Positions 35,274 to 50,682 of a DNA stretch of 64,000 bases are shown in pieces. The stretch covers positions 160,060 to 224,059 of the forward strand of contig NW_027192201.1 of assembly GCF_041956535.1 (NCBI RefSeq). The letters are read 5' to 3'. How positions within the stretch are numbered: position 1 is the stretch's first letter; every line of letters begins with the position of its first letter. The stretch is from Calcarisporiella thermophila CBS 279.70. Lineage: Eukaryota; Fungi; Calcarisporiellomycota. The notes under the pieces were generated by a model, which saw nothing but the letters and a program-made list of their open reading frames with translations, had not been told where the DNA came from and ran no database searches. Made by a program: the position numbers and the translations under genes.

Positions 35274-36274
35274 GGCATGCTAAATTAGTTGATATAGTTA
35301 ATAAGAAGGGCTCCAAGACAAAACCTCGCTCCCCTGACTTCACAAGAAGCCCTCTCTGCAGCCCATGGGATTATTAACTTTCTCGATAGGGTTTTTCGGT
35401 TCTCGGGTGTTTCCATATTGAGAAATTGGATGGAACGAATATTTTTCCTAAGCAATAATTAGTTTTTATTGAAAATTCCTGTTTTTGCCTGGCGGCAACC
35501 TCATAACAATTGTGTAGCTTAGCCAGTTTGCCATTACGGAAGGCAGACCGGCTCTGAATCTGGGTAAAGAAAATGATTTCATAAAGCTGAAACTCGCAGT
35601 GCAGGTGAATATTACCATTTAAATATCTGGACCTGGTGAAGAATTTGGCAATCCTGGCTAAGTTAGCTGTCCAACGAACATAATTTTGCAGAACTAGAAC
35701 ATTTTAGCTGTGATAACTCTTGCCACAGCATCTGTCCTTTTTTGTTTGCTTTGATACAAGGTCGGGTAGTGTCGTCAGTGTTTTCTAAGGTTCTCCCGGT
35801 TTAATTTATAGACTAGCGATTCGATCCAAAGAATCTATCTAGGCAGTATTCGTGTATGCTCACATAAAGCATGATAGAATATCTATATTGAGTGGAATTT
35901 TTGAGTTGCTACAAGCTACATCTTTCGCGTAAGGCGGAGAAAGACAAAATAGTTCGCCATCAATTCAATATAAAATTAGGCTTGTCGCGAATTTTTGGTC
36001 AAGTATGTGACAGAATCGAGTGGCTGATGTTCCAAGGTAATAAATTTTAAGAACGATGAAGGCGGGCTTGAACGCAACTTTTTTTAGCACTTCACCATCA
36101 TCTGGCTCGAGATATTTACTACAAGGATTTGTCATATAATAATTCTTTTCATCTTTCAAAAGAAGTGCTTCTTGTCGGTTTTCTTGCCTTTCATCACCAC
36201 TTCCTACTTCATCCATTTTTCTTCTCTCCACACTTGAATTACAAGATCATCTTCAACATAAAACGCAGCCCAAG

Positions 36275-38494
36275 ATGAACATGACTTGGTTAAAAAGTAA
36301 GTTATTCTTCTTAATTTTCACATTTTTCTTCTAGCAACTCAAATAGCTGCAATTTCTGTTCGTCTACGTTGAAGATTTGCTTTTATTGTTTATTCTCAGA
36401 ACCTCTTTGATTACTCTCTTTATTCTCATTGCTTTCTAATCCAAATACATCTCGGACGCTCAACTAATAAACTATTCGCTGCTTTTTTTCCCTCCATTTT
36501 CTAGAGAGTAAGGAGGGCACATCATCTCCATCGGGCACTGGTAGCCCCCTTAACTCGTCTACAGCATCTCCATCCGCCACCAACAGCGTTTCATCTCTCC
36601 AGCAGCAGCAACAGGTAAAGCCGGCTGTGCGCTCTGGAATGTTGCTTGTGCGTGTGCTTGAGGGTCGTGGACTCTCTGTACCACCCGGAGTGCGTCTTCC
36701 GCCCGTACCTTCATCCGTTCATCAGCAGCAACAGTCCTTTTCTTCGCAGCATCAGACCGGTAGAGTGAATAGAGATTCGTGGGCTCGAAAGCAGTGCTGG
36801 TGGTTGCCGTACATTATTGTTGAATTCGATAAAGTAATAGGTCATTCTCAGAAGGAAATATGGAGAGCCATGCTAACCTATGCTCTCTAATCAGAACGAA
36901 ATTATGATCGACCCTCTGGGAGGTGATATGATAAATCCTGTATGGCAATATCGTGCAAGTTTGTAAGTTTTATTGCCTTATTACCTGCATTATAACCACT
37001 CTAAAGCTGTGATTCATTTTGACAGCGACGTGTCGAGGGATTCAGATGTCACATTTACTGTCTACCTACGCTCACCGCCAGGCACCCAACAAGGGAATGA
37101 TATATTCCTGGGCACCTTAAAGCTTCAACCAAGCTTCAATGAACAGAAATTGCAAGATGAGTGGTATCCCTTGCAAGGTGGCACTGGTCATCTTCATGTT
37201 CAACTATGTTATCGCCGAGACCAAGTATGAGTTTAACACCTTAGCATGAGAACATGAATTATGAAATCCTTAGTGATGTTTTGTCTTGTTGGGTTAGAAA
37301 AATGAGCCGTTGACGATCGATTCGTTTGATTTGTTGAAAGTGATTGGGAAAGGAAGCTTCGGCAAGGTATATATCATATATGGGTTCGATACCTCTTGAT
37401 CATACTCATTATAAATACCCTTGCACCAGGTTATGCAGGTTCGCAAGCGAGATACAAACCGTATTTATGCAATGAAAATTATCAAAAAGGCTCATATCGT
37501 CTCGCGCTCAGAGGTCACTCACACACTAGCAGAGCGCACAGTGCTAGCGCAGATCAACAACCCCTTCATTATCCCGCTTAAATTCTCTTTCCAAAGCCCC
37601 GAAAAACTCTACCTAGTCCTTGCCTTTATTAATGGAGGAGAGTTGTTCCATCACTTGCAAATGGAGGGCAAATTTTCGGAGGAGCGCGCTCGATTCTACA
37701 CAGCAGAACTTCTTTGCGCTTTGGAGTGCCTGCATGTATACAACGTTATCTACCGGTATGTAAAGTTTAAATTTCCGCTGATAGCGGTGTAACTAACTTA
37801 CATTTTGTGCTAATTAACTCTTCACCCTTCCAGCGACTTGAAACCCGAGAACATTCTCATCGATTACAATGGGCATATTGCACTATGCGATTTCGGTCTC
37901 TGTAAGTTGAATATGGCGGAAAATGACACAACAAATACTTTCTGCGGCACACCGGAGTATCTTGCACCCGAGCTGCTTCTTGGCCAAGGCTACACCAAGG
38001 CGGTGGACTGGTGGACTCTTGGCATTCTCCTCTATGAGATGTTAACTGGCCTCCCGCCTTTCTATGACGAAAACACCAATGAGATGTATCGTAAAATCTT
38101 GCATGACGAGCTAACCTTCCCTAGCGATGTTTCTCCTGAGGCCCGCAGCCTGCTCACCGGTTTGCTGACCCGTGACCCTAATCAGCGACTTGGCAGTAAC
38201 GGTGGACAGGACATCAAGAGGCACCCCTTCTTCGCCTCCGTTGACTGGCGCAAACTGATGGAGAAGAAGGTACAGCCTCCATTCAAACCCTCCGTTCAGA
38301 ATCCTTTGGATACCTCCAACTTCGACGACGAATTTACAAGTGAGCCCCCGCTTGATTCGATTGTTGCAGACAGCCATTTGAGCGAGACAGTACAGGAGCA
38401 ATTTAAAGGGTTTACATACAATCCATCAGAGCTTGGCTCGCTCTCCGGAGTGAGTGTGGGTCATGGCAGTGGACGCCAGGAACGCTACATTTGA
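36275..38494 (+). CDS. YPK1: AGC kinase Ypk1/Gad8 (SGK-like)
   Basis: ATG 36275 with a short exon 1, then a C2-like region. FDLLKVIGKGSFGKVMQVRKRDT..IYAMK, HTLAERTVL, YRDLKPENIL, ALCDFGLCK, TFCGTPEYLAPE; turn motif and hydrophobic motif FKGFTY. Confidence 0.95.
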
Positions 38495-39183
38495 AATTTT
38501 TTCGATATTTTTTTTATTCCTAAAGATTTTAGAGGGAATATTTTTACCTTTTTTCTCTCTTCTTATTGTTTTTGGTATTAAAATTGGTTTGTCTTTTTTT
38601 ATCCTTCCCCTTTTTTTTTCCTCTTTTTACCATTTTCTCTTATTTTTTTTTTATACAATAAACATATTTTATTACTTTTTTTACTAATTTTTACTCATAT
38701 TATGGAGTCAGATTGCGATCATCTGAAATGTCTCTCGTGAATTTTAGCTAGGTTTACTCTGATCATATATGACGAGCCACAGTCGACGTAAACGAGATGT
38801 TTCGGAGTCCCAGCTCTCGTTTATCTCTTGATAAAAGACTTTTGTTTTTTTTTTTCTTACTTTTGCAAAACCATTCTCCAAGTAATTACAAGAAGAGAAG
38901 AAATAAAAAACCAGGTAAATTTTCCAAGTTATGACAATGGGGGACAATGAAATGGGATGTTTATATAAAATATTTGAGAGAAAATATATATATAATATTA
39001 TAAGTAATGCTTATCTATCCATTCTATATGGAATTGGAAATGATGAGGATGGTTTTACTCATCTATTAGATAAAGCAATTAGTATTTTTTTTTTTATTGG
39101 AGTATTCATTATTTTATGCTGGACCCACCGATTACTAACCTTTTGTTATCTATATTTTTGTATGAAGCCAATTATCTACCCCA

Positions 39184-41091
39184 ATGACAACTCTCACCAA
39201 GCACTTGGGTACTAAACCCACCTCTGTGTGCATTGGAATTGCTGATCACACTGGACTTCCGCCATCTCCTCATGACTCGCACGGATCCCCATCTGGCACC
39301 CCTACTCCCATGCACGCACTGCTACCCTCACCCCCCATTGTGACCGCGCTTCTGTCGGAAGATTTATTCCCCCCGCGCCCTGCTAAGAAATCAATCCCTA
39401 TGAAGAAACACGATGAGGAGCAAGAGGATTTTAACTGCTCTTCTCCCGAAGATGAAGACAGCGAGGGAGAGGAGAGCGAAAGGGACAAGGATCCTCTTGC
39501 CGCCCAGATATGGCGCCTATACACCAAAGCTAAAGATAATTTACCGCATGGTGCGAGACTGGAAAATTTGACTTGGCGTATGATGGCGATGAAATTGTCG
39601 AAGAGAAGAAACGAGAATGAGAAAAATAACTCTCTCAAGAAAAGAGCTGGTTCCGCCCCAACCATTATAAATGCCAATAGAGACACAGCCGCCAAAGTAT
39701 CTGCTTCAACAAGTGCCGCTGTCAAGGTTGATATGGCTCCGGAACCCTGCAGTAATGCTGCCAAGGCAAACCCAGATAGCTTGCGTTCCTCCTACATGCT
39801 ACCTCGCCATTCCGCACCCAGCATCACGATTCCACATGATTTGTCTTCGGATGACGAGTCCGAAACGGAACAAGGCTACCATGAGATCAAAGTATCAGGC
39901 AAAAATACCTACACTTCAGTCAGCTGTTCTAGTGCCATTTCCTCTGCTATGTCGAAGCCGCAACTTGGCTCTCGCTCGAACTCTACCCCTATCGCCACAA
40001 TCAACTCGGGAGCACGCAACCCCCTAGTGACGGCCATTCCGATTACCATGGCGGCAATGAATCGCAACCCAGTTGGCCGCTCCACCCTCATGACCCCTCC
40101 AGAGAGCGAGGGCGAATTTTTCGATCATCACTTTGCTGCTATGAATACTCCTTCTACCACCCTTGGCAACCCTACCGATGCGATTCTTGCCAATCTGAGC
40201 TTTGAGCAACTTGTCGATCTCTATGCGACAAGCGAAGGCAACGAGGGTGCCACTGTTGCTCCCAGCTCCACGATGGCCGATGGCTCTGACAGTGGCGCAA
40301 TGGCAATGCTTCCCAAGCGCGACAATAAAATGAAGGCTGGTACCACTGCCCTATTGCGATTTGAGGAACTACACGCGCGTCATGGTCGTGGGGGGTTACC
40401 AGGTGACGGCGGGGGTGGCGATGACGTGGGAGGACTACACGCCCTGGGTGGCTCCGAAGAATCCGCTTCTCCCTCTGCCTCAACCTCCACCGCCACCAAG
40501 AAATCCTCCCTCAAACAACGCACGCTCGAGACCGAACAGCGCTCGGGCGTCAGTTGTTCAAATTGCGCAACCCGCACCACACCCTTGTGGCGCCGTAGTC
40601 CTGACGGCCAGACACTGTGCAACGCCTGCGGGCTCTTCCTGAAACTTCACGGCGTGGTGAGACCCCTGAGTCTGAAGACCGATGTCATTCGGAAGCGCAA
40701 CCGCAAGGAGAAATCCGGAAAGGAGGCGGACGGAGCGCCGGGGCTTGGCGTGAAGAGGCCCAAGATAGAGAAAGATTCCAACCCAGGAAACGTTCCTACT
40801 ATCCCAGTTTCTGCAGCGGGAGGGGAGGGTCCCCGCGGCCCATCTGCCATGAACAAGACGGGCCCCCACTTGCCCTCCGTTAATACCAGCTCGGCCACAG
40901 CGAATGTTGACCCTCGGATGATGCAGCTTGCGTGGATGGCGGCGATGGCGCGTATGAACGGAATGGTTGGAGACATGAATGTCCCCGGAGGCGGAGGAAA
41001 TGTAAGCGGAGGCGAGGATGAGTGGAAGCAATTGCTTTTTGCTAGGGCGACGGCTGCTGCCATGCTTGCTATGCAACGACTATCTTCTTAA
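39184..41091 (+). CDS. AreA/Gat1-type GATA zinc-finger transcription factor (intronless)
   Basis: DUF1752 ([17 protein letters not shown]...[10 protein letters not shown]) and GATA finger [14 protein letters not shown]...[30 protein letters not shown]. Confidence 0.92.
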   Translation: MTTLTKHLGTKPTSVCIGIADHTGLPPSPHDSHGSPSGTPTPMHALLPSPPIVTALLSEDLFPPRPAKKSIPMKKHDEEQEDFNCSSPEDEDSEGEESERDKDPLAAQIWRLYTKAKDNLPHGARLENLTWRMMAMKLSKRRNENEKNNSLKKRAGSAPTIINANRDTAAKVSASTSAAVKVDMAPEPCSNAAKANPDSLRSSYMLPRHSAPSITIPHDLSSDDESETEQGYHEIKVSGKNTYTSVSCSSAISSAMSKPQLGSRSNSTPIATINSGARNPLVTAIPITMAAMNRNPVGRSTLMTPPESEGEFFDHHFAAMNTPSTTLGNPTDAILANLSFEQLVDLYATSEGNEGATVAPSSTMADGSDSGAMAMLPKRDNKMKAGTTALLRFEELHARHGRGGLPGDGGGGDDVGGLHALGGSEESASPSASTSTATKKSSLKQRTLETEQRSGVSCSNCATRTTPLWRRSPDGQTLCNACGLFLKLHGVVRPLSLKTDVIRKRNRKEKSGKEADGAPGLGVKRPKIEKDSNPGNVPTIPVSAAGGEGPRGPSAMNKTGPHLPSVNTSSATANVDPRMMQLAWMAAMARMNGMVGDMNVPGGGGNVSGGEDEWKQLLFARATAAAMLAMQRLSS

Positions 41092-41781
41092 CTTATAAAG
41101 AGAACCGCTGTTTTGTCCGTACTATTAGTTTTGTTTTAACAGTGTGCTAGTATCTTTCCCTCCCTTTTTTTAATATGATGTTACACTACTTTTTCTTTGG
41201 TTAAAGATGTATTGGTTTATTTTTACATTCATGCTCGAATAGCGCTGAACAATGTCTATTATGATATTATCGCTGAAAGAGGAAAAATTGACAAGCGTTT
41301 CTTCGATACTATGGATGGCAAAGACTTGAGATCATCTGTAAAAGTGACCCGTTTTTACGGGAGATGCCGGTGTCGCCCTTCTCTAAATGTTCTAGCCGGG
41401 AAGCAATTTTCCATAGTAGGGTTTTGCCCTGCAAGGTATTCCCATTCCACATGTTCCAAGAGAACCTCTATTTTAATTCTGAGTTCTTTTTTTTTTTCTC
41501 TCCTCCATATAAACAAGAGCTCAGGCCAGTCTCGATGGCAATTAAGCAGTGTTCAGGGAGCCCTATTTGTGACATGAGGGGGTGAAGAGAAATTGGGTGG
41601 GATTCCAGACTCGATCTGTCAAGGAGAAATCTCGATTCATTACGCTGCGCCTCGAAAGAGGATATGTGGCTTGGCAACATTCATAGACCTTCATAAGTCT
41701 TCTCCACAAAATTCTGAAGGCGGGGAGGGACCGTTTTTCTCACCAAGCAATCCATAACCTGCCTGAAAGTCTCAGAGGGAA

Positions 41782-43036
<1,255 letters not shown>

Positions 43037-43195
43037 TTACCAATCTCCTATATCCCATCCCCCATGTATTACCATTGCTCATCCTCTCTACTTGGAATAA
43101 ATAAGTGAAAATGAGAGTGTTGTGATCATCAAATACACAGGCTGAAATATTTATTGTTATTATTATAATTATTAATGTTGTTATGGACACTATGG

Positions 43196-44220
43196 TTAGA
43201 ACTTGACGATTTTTTTTGCCTTTGCCTGGCGCTTCTCCACGGCCTTCTCCAATTTCACCTCCTTCTGCAATTTATTCTTCTCGGAGACAAAAATATGGAA
43301 GTCGTCGTCATCTGCGCCGTGCTCCAAATCAATCTTCCCAACCACGCTCGTCCCAACCTCTATGTTCAAAAGCAGCCAACACTGTTTAGCGAAGTGCAAA
43401 TGGAGACATGGGGCGAGAGTTTGGTTACCTTCTTTTGTGAGTGCGCAATCCTTTGCCAAGTGGTCCACCTTTCCGCAGAACCTACATGACCCGCCATTCG
43501 GATAGAGCCCCTTTGAATTCTGTGGACACTGGCTCGCCAAATGCCCTTGTCCATTGCAAACGAAGCATGAAGCGAACTTGTAAGGATTTTCTGTGGCAAA
43601 AAGAAGGCGTCCGTTAGACACACAGAAAATGCTAAAAAAGAGAGAACTAGAAGAGTACTGTTTCTTGGCTTTGTGCAAGTTTTTGTCGTGTGCTCGGATG
43701 ACCCACAGTTATAACAGATACCAACGCCGGTCTCTGCAGCCTTTGGGCAAATCTGGGCGCTATGTCCCTTCTCACGACACACATAGCATATCTATGGAAA
43801 GAAGGAGACAGGATTCAATAAGCTTAATGTAATTAAATAGGGGGAAGAGAGATGAGGAGGAAGACGGGGCCGTGGGTATCACGGCATGGTATCAACACTT
43901 ACTGTATTTTGGTGCTTTAGTTTTTGTCTCTGTAATCTTCTGGCTTCCGATCGCTTTGCCTTCCATTCTTGTAATTTTTTTTCGTTTCTTATCCGCTTTG
44001 GTTTACTCTCGGATGTTTTTCTGTCTTTAGCTGCGGATTCATCTCGATTTGCAGCTCTCTTCTTCCCTCTTGGCCCTTCATGCGTCGATGTGGCATTGGG
44101 TTGAGCATCGGAATGGTTGACGGAGGAATTGGACTCAGTTTGAGCAGGCTTGAGAGGAGAAACCTGAAAGCCACCAGCTTCCACATGGGTCTTTTTAAAT
44201 GCTCTTGTGTAGCGTGTCAT
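43196..44220 (-). CDS. ZCCHC9: ZCCHC9-like zinc-knuckle (CCHC) nucleolar protein
   Basis: MTRY start, basic N-terminus, and four CX2CX4HX4C knuckles across exons (C..CREKGH...C, CYNCGSSEH...C, CFVCNGQGHLASQC..N.KGLYPNGGSCRFCGKVDHLAKDC). Ends KIVKF. Confidence 0.85.
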
Positions 44221-45117
44221 GATGATGAAGGCAATATGGAACTGGCACGAGAATTAGTTAGTAAATGAATAGGGACCGTTCATCAAATACAAAATAAAAG
44301 TAGTCACAACCAAACAATTCGAGAGCAGTCTCATTATTATTGTTCTTTTTCGCGTTTCTTATCCTTGATCCTTAGAGAAGCTCATTTTTGCAGCGAATGG
44401 AATAGTCAATTCTACATCCTCATCCTGAGACGTTCACTCTACCTCTTTCTTGGACATCTACTTCCGTCATTCCTCATTTGAATCATAGATCCATAAGGAT
44501 CTCTGAGCTTTAGTTAACTCTTCTACACGTCCTCTCCTCCCCCCAAAGGTCTTTGTGGTCTGTTTCGAATATTGCCTTGTAGAGTACGTATATTTATCTT
44601 CTGAGGTATCATGTTTGTGTTTGTACTACTTTAGCCTGTCTTTATGAAATGAGATGAGGCTACTCGAAATTGACTCGAGTTGAATTGAGATAATACATTT
44701 GTGCTTTTCCTTGTTCAATTATCGATTGGTACAAATCGTTACTTGAGCTCCGCATTCTCATTGATCTCTGCATCATTGATTGGGGTAGACAACCCACGTA
44801 ATAGTGGAATGGTAGACATCAAGAGTGATGCCCATATCCAACAACCGATCTTTGGCGGTGGGCATCTCGTTTCCTGAGCTATGGACGTAGATTGCTTTCT
44901 CACCGCCCCAATACGGGATCGAAAAGCAACTTCCGCTTAAGGAAGATTTCATTGGTTGACCAGGCGCCAAAGTTTAGCGACCTGGACAGATATGTGATGT
45001 ACAGCCCATTTTATCTTATGTTTTGGATATTCATCAGGAACAAGACGCGAGATTCGCCCATTCTATTTCGAAACAAATATTTTACAGAAAAGAAAATGGG
45101 GATCTCTAGGTAGTGAT

Positions 45118-46666
45118 CTATTGATCCGAGAATATGGGCCATCCCCCCTCCCCGTCTCTTTCAGCTCCAAACTGTAGCTCTGAGGCATACAGAGCAATAC
45201 ACACAAAGACATTCACCCATCGCCATAGCGGGCTGCTCTCGGCAAGGTGACCAAAATGAACTAACAAAAGATGGGTATATACGGCAATCAGGAGAGGTTT
45301 GACGAAGGCACGCGCAACTTCAAATGGGCTCAGCTTCTAGCGATTTGAGGGATCAGAAAATCAGAGGATCCTCCCCACAGTAACCAGGAAGACAAGTGTA
45401 AATTACCTCTGAAGTATCACGGTTGGATCGTTCTGCCTCATCGGATGAAGCGTCCTGCTGTCGAATGGTGGGCAAGAGCTGCAAAATCGCTGCAAGTATG
45501 GTGAGACGGTAGAGTAGGGCCGCGAGGAGTTGCCATGAGGTTAAAGTGTATAGTGCAGTGATTGTCGGTTGAATCAGTTTAAGTTGGGATGAAAATTGAC
45601 TGAGATATTCTTTGAGAGGGGTTTCATAAAAGCTACAAGATAAAAGCAAGCATTTTAGTGGAGGCCAAGGTGGCCATTCAAATGAAAATCAATTACGTAA
45701 AAGAAAGATAGCTCAAGGAAGAGGAGAGCTCGAGGTTGATCTGATTTCGTGTGATTCTCTCCTCCAAGTCTGGAGCAGTGCTCGAGGCGACATTAAACCA
45801 TAGGGAGACGGCGATATATGCAAACTAAAGTAAAGAATATATTTGAGTGAAATGAGGTACTTTTCAACATATTAGAGCAATATACTATTAGAGCAGTCTC
45901 TGTAATGATGCCTCGTCCAATGTAAAAAGCTGCAATGGTAAGCCCAGCAACGAGCACGAGTGCGGCGATTATTCCAGCTGCCGAATAAATGCTCAATGAT
46001 GGCGAATGCAGTGAATCGTAGATGAATACACCTGACACCGCGTATACAACTGCAGATGCTACTAGAAAACTCACCTTATATTCACACAATAAAGCAACGT
46101 GCTATTGTAAGACTAGTAGAACCCAGAGAGCCAGAAATTGTCTCACCTGGTAAAATAGAGGATCGTCTTTCGATTCGATGAATTGTTTTGTTAGCTGGCC
46201 GATAAGCTGTGACAAAAGTATGGAGCCTACACCCTCAAGGAGGAGAAATGCGGGAGCGGAAAACCAGAGCACATGCTCCCATCCCCATACAGAGAGCGTC
46301 GTAATGGCGCTCTTCGTAGCGCCCTGTCCAGTTGGGGTGAAAATAGCGCGGATTGCTGCGGTGAGCACAGCGGCCTCAGTCGCTTTAAAAGCATAAAACT
46401 TCACTCAAGGAAACACAGTAGGAAGTAGTTGGATTATTGTGCTCTAAGGTATTCAAGAGATCCATCCTTACCACCCATCTAGCATCCTTTCTACGACATG
46501 CCAATCTCACTATTCCTACAAGAAATGAATATGCAAACAGAATCAGTGACAGCTGGAGGCCCGCATGCTTCCCGTAAGCACCAAAAGCGAGTGGTAGCGA
46601 GGCAGCAATCAGGCTGTATGTGATGCCATTGTAGAGTGGAATTAACATCCACGCGAGAAAAAACAT
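45118..46666 (-). CDS. ICE2: ER membrane protein Ice2 (multi-exon)
   Basis: LPLAFGAYG..AGL.LSL, WEHVLWFSAPAFLLLEG...LLSQLIG, GRGIITETALI, LLYRL, LIAVYTHLLL, WRWVNVF..ALYA.EL. Stop TAG 45120-45118. Confidence 0.85.
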
Positions 46667-47173
46667 TCTTGACGCGTGTATTTTAGGAAAATTGAACCAA
46701 GTCTGTTGTTTCTTTTATTGGATATTGGAAATTAGTTGACCAAAAGGAGATTCTCGCGTAAAAAAAAAGGCCCACATTGCAATAAAATAACTGTCCTGCG
46801 AGCTTGGTCCCATGTATCTTATAAGTGTGCCTTAAAATATGTCTTTGTGAGCACAACTAGCCTAAAGGTGGGCTAAGCCTTCTTGCCTTTATAGCAAGCA
46901 CTCAACAAACTCAGAACGGTCTATGTTTTTACAAATGCTATCGCTTTTTGTGCTTTCTCTCCGTTTCGCTCCATCCAGCCAGAGTTTCGCAACAACCCAT
47001 GTAAGCGTCGTTGACACCAGCGATTTTTTTTTTACTGGCACTAAATAGCATATTTCCCCTACATCGTTCCTGTTAGCAAACCTCCCACTCAATGCCCGTT
47101 TTTACAGGAGCGGGGGTGATAATGATATACAAAACCCACTTCTTTAAGGCTAATTTTGATGTCCCTGCCCAGC

Positions 47174-47637
47174 NNNNNNNNNNNNNNNNNNNNNNNNNNN
47201 NNNNNNNNNNNNNNNNNNNNNNNNNNNNNNNNNNNNNNNNNNNNNNNNNNNNNNNNNNNNNNNNNNNNNNNNNNNNNNNNNNNNNNNNNNNNNNNNNNNN
47301 NNNNNNNNNNNNNNNNNNNNNNNNNNNNNNNNNNNNNNNNNNNNNNNNNNNNNNNNNNNNNNNNNNNNNNNNNNNNNNNNNNNNNNNNNNNNNNNNNNNN
47401 NNNNNNNNNNNNNNNNNNNNNNNNNNNNNNNNNNNNNNNNNNNNNNNNNNNNNNNNNNNNNNNNNNNNNNNNNNNNNNNNNNNNNNNNNNNNNNNNNNNN
47501 NNNNNNNNNNNNNNNNNNNNNNNNNNNNNNNNNNNNNNNNNNNNNNNNNNNNNNNNNNNNNNNNNNNNNNNNNNNNNNNNNNNNNNNNNNNNNNNNNNNN
47601 NNNNNNNNNNNNNNNNNNNNNNNNNNNNNNNNNNNNN
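47174..47637. other. Assembly gap (N run, 464 nt)
   Basis: Run of n characters. Confidence 1.
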
Positions 47638-47901
47638 GTGTGCCTTGATGGCCTCCCATGTTCATATAAATCCATTTTGTTAGAAGGAGATAATAGGATA
47701 AAAGGTGAAGCCATTGCAAAAACTGATATAAATTAGATGATGTTATGGAATCACATTCAGGTAAAATAGAAAATAATAAATATAGATAAAGAGGTAAATC
47801 AAAGAAAAGGATATAAAATGATATAGTGGGGGGGGGGGTGATTGAATCTATCAATTGATGAGGGAAGCTAAACAAGAATGAGGTGAGGCGCTGAACTCTC
47901 T

Positions 47902-50682
47902 CTAGCCGCTGCCATCTTCTCCGGGTCGCTCGTTGTTGTAGTATTCACGTTCCTCGTTCCGGCGAGTTCTTGCGCGAGTCAGATTCGGAGGGGATGGGGT
48001 GGTAGAGGAAGAGAGTGGGGGATAAGAAGGAGGGCCGGACAGGTTCGAGTCGGAGAGCATAAACGCCGGCTGTGGGGGCATCGAGTATGCGATGCCAAGC
48101 TCTTGCATCATCCCCTTGACGGCCAGTGCAAACTAGTGTGAAAAGCAATGGTTAGAGGGGTTATCGTTTGCGCCTGGTATGCGCTCGCAAGAGTGAAAAT
48201 GATGGGTGAACACATACTTTGGTTCGGTTCGCAAATCGTCTCCCCATGTCCTGCCAATTCCAGCGGTGCTGGATGCACATGCTCAAGTACAATTTGTTCA
48301 TGTTGTCTATCTGGGTCACCTGGATATCGAACCCGGGCGAGAAGTCGCGCGCACCCTCATTTTCAAGCCAATCTCGAATGCGGTCGCGCAGCTCTACAAT
48401 CAACTCGTGCGGCGTGGTGAAATTCACTTGCGCCGTCACGGTCTCGCTCATGTTGCCAGAGCGTCGCACATTCTTAATGTCTTTGGTGCACAAGACCTTG
48501 TTAGGCATATAGACAACCGTACCATCCCACCGGCTAGAGGGTGGTCAGGGGCGTGTTTAGCTATTGAAGTAACCACTTTCTCAACTAGAGGATATGATGC
48601 TTACATAAAGGTGGTTGTGAGCAGGCCCATGCTATGCACAATATAGTGCACATCGCCAATGTAGCAGCGGTCTCCGACGTCGTAAGGATGCTAGAAAAGT
48701 GCGCAACCCACATGTATTAGACTCAAAAGAGAAGGTGGTGAGACACTCCCAGTATCCCCGAGCTTACCGTCACAAAGAGGAAAATGATGCTTTGGAAAAG
48801 ATCGCGTGCACTCCCTCCAAATACAAAACTAAGAGCAACGATGGCCGACGAGAACGGAAGCAGACTCGAGAGGATGTCTTTGTCGAAAATGGCTATGAAG
48901 ATCAGTAGCACGAAGATAAACGCAATGATCATGAATATTGTGTCCAATTTGCCAACCGCGTTTCCCAAATCGCGCATAGAAGCCACCAGATCCCGATGCT
49001 CTTGGTAGATAAACAGCACGTTGTCTTTCTGCGTTGTGCGAAAATAAAAAATAGGAAAATTAAGGCCTACATAGACCAGTCGGCACCCTTTTAAAACCCA
49101 GGTTTACCATTTCCGACTTCGAAACATCGCCATTGCCGTCCTTGTCAAAGATCGCAAAGGCCTTTTCCGCCTCGCTCCGCTCGAAATCAAAATACGGGAG
49201 AAAATCCTCCACCGACAGATGGTTTCTATTTGCTTGAAGACCTTCAAAGAGCTTCCGGGCAAGCTTGCTTGCTTTCCCTGCCGAATGCATGTCATTGTGG
49301 CCATTGACGGGATCCTGCATCGCAATGTTGGCGAGCTTCTTGTTGAGCGTGTTCAGCAGCAGCGGGGTTTGTTTGGCGGTATTAGGCGGACTAGCGCGGC
49401 TTTGGGATTGGCTTTGTACGGTGCTCGTGCTTGTGCGTGGCTGGAGATTGGAGAGAGGGATCTCATCGTTCTGGTATGATATTCCTGTGTCGGAAGTGTT
49501 ATTGCGACTATGGTATGGTCGTCGGTAGCGGACTTTCTCTTCTTGCTTGGGAGCCTTCTTTTTCGCCTTCATGAGTTTGTCGAGCACTTTTCGATGCAAA
49601 CCAAATGAGTTGAGGTATGGGTTAAGTTCGGTGTATACTAAAACATACCCGACATAGCATATTTGTTTTCCTGGATACGCTCCTTGTATGCAGAGCGGTG
49701 GAACTTGACGGCTGAGTAGAAGAGAGCGGGTTTGGGGGGGGGGGGGAGGAGGGGGAAGGGTGAGTGGGCATATCCCAATTCGAAATGCATGCAATGGGCA
49801 CCTACCGATCATTTGAACAAGGAACTTCTCGAACAGAAGGATGACTGCCGTTCCAAACAACGCCCGGAACGTGTCGTGGACAATCCTGTAGCTAATGGAG
49901 AGCTCGGGGATCTGAACCACAACATTAGCGTCCGGCTGCTTCACTTCTCTGATGGTATAGGTGGCGGCCGAATAGAGGAATCCCATGAAAAACTCGAAAG
50001 CTCCCCAAAGCCAGGCGGCGATGAAAAGAGTGACCACATAGGGCCTGACACCAATGAAATACTATGATAGAGTTAGCAATGGCTCCACGCAGTCAAAAGA
50101 TCGATTCTCTGTTGAGCATACCTCGAGCCGCGTTTTGATCGACTCGGAGCACCCGCCCGTGAGAAGTTTGGTTAGCGTCACGACAAGTTTCGGGAGAACC
50201 TCAACGCAAAAGTAGGCAATGGCTCCCATAATCCACACCCATGCGGCCCAGAACGACCACATTTGTACCTGCTGGAGGGTGGTATTTCCTCTTCGAGTGG
50301 GATTGTATATCTGCTCGGGAAAGACGTTATACACAAACAATAAGATCACGGCCGGCGCCACGAGCGCTGCACCACCCAGCGCTCCCACGATGAGCGCGCG
50401 GACAAACGGTGAAAGTCTGGCCCAGAAGTGGGTGGCAGCCTGGCGTCGCTTTTTCCGAAAATCCGGATCGTCAAGTTCGGACTCTGCCTCAGCCTCCCAG
50501 TCGAAATCATCCTCGTCATCAAGGGGGTCCTGCTCACCAGGAAGCACGGGATTAGTTTCATTAAAAAAGGGCGTGGTTCGGCTCTCCGTCAATGGGGAAT
50601 CCTTGTTAATTTCCGCACTCTCTCGGAGAGGGGGAAGATATTGTTGTGAAAATGGAGCGGAAGGCGGCGGCAATTGGCTCAT
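47902..50682 (-). CDS. MscS-like mechanosensitive channel with EF-hand (Msy1/Msy2 type; multi-exon)
   Basis: Several TM helices; EK..VQ.IAVKFH..AY.ERI; EF-hand FDKDGNGDVSKSE; AVGKLD; SFVFGGSA..LFQSIIFLFVTHPYDVGDR; PN.VL..K.I.NVRRS; NWQD...R..NR. Confidence 0.9.

Noticed and set aside
37383-37393. GGTTCGATACC, resembling a tRNA T-loop/B-box, in a YPK1 intron
   Set aside because: No T-stem, A-box or cloverleaf; the intron is too short to hold a tRNA.
47073-47875. ORFs of 175-241 aa in the ORF track
   Set aside because: Artefacts of translating through the N gap.
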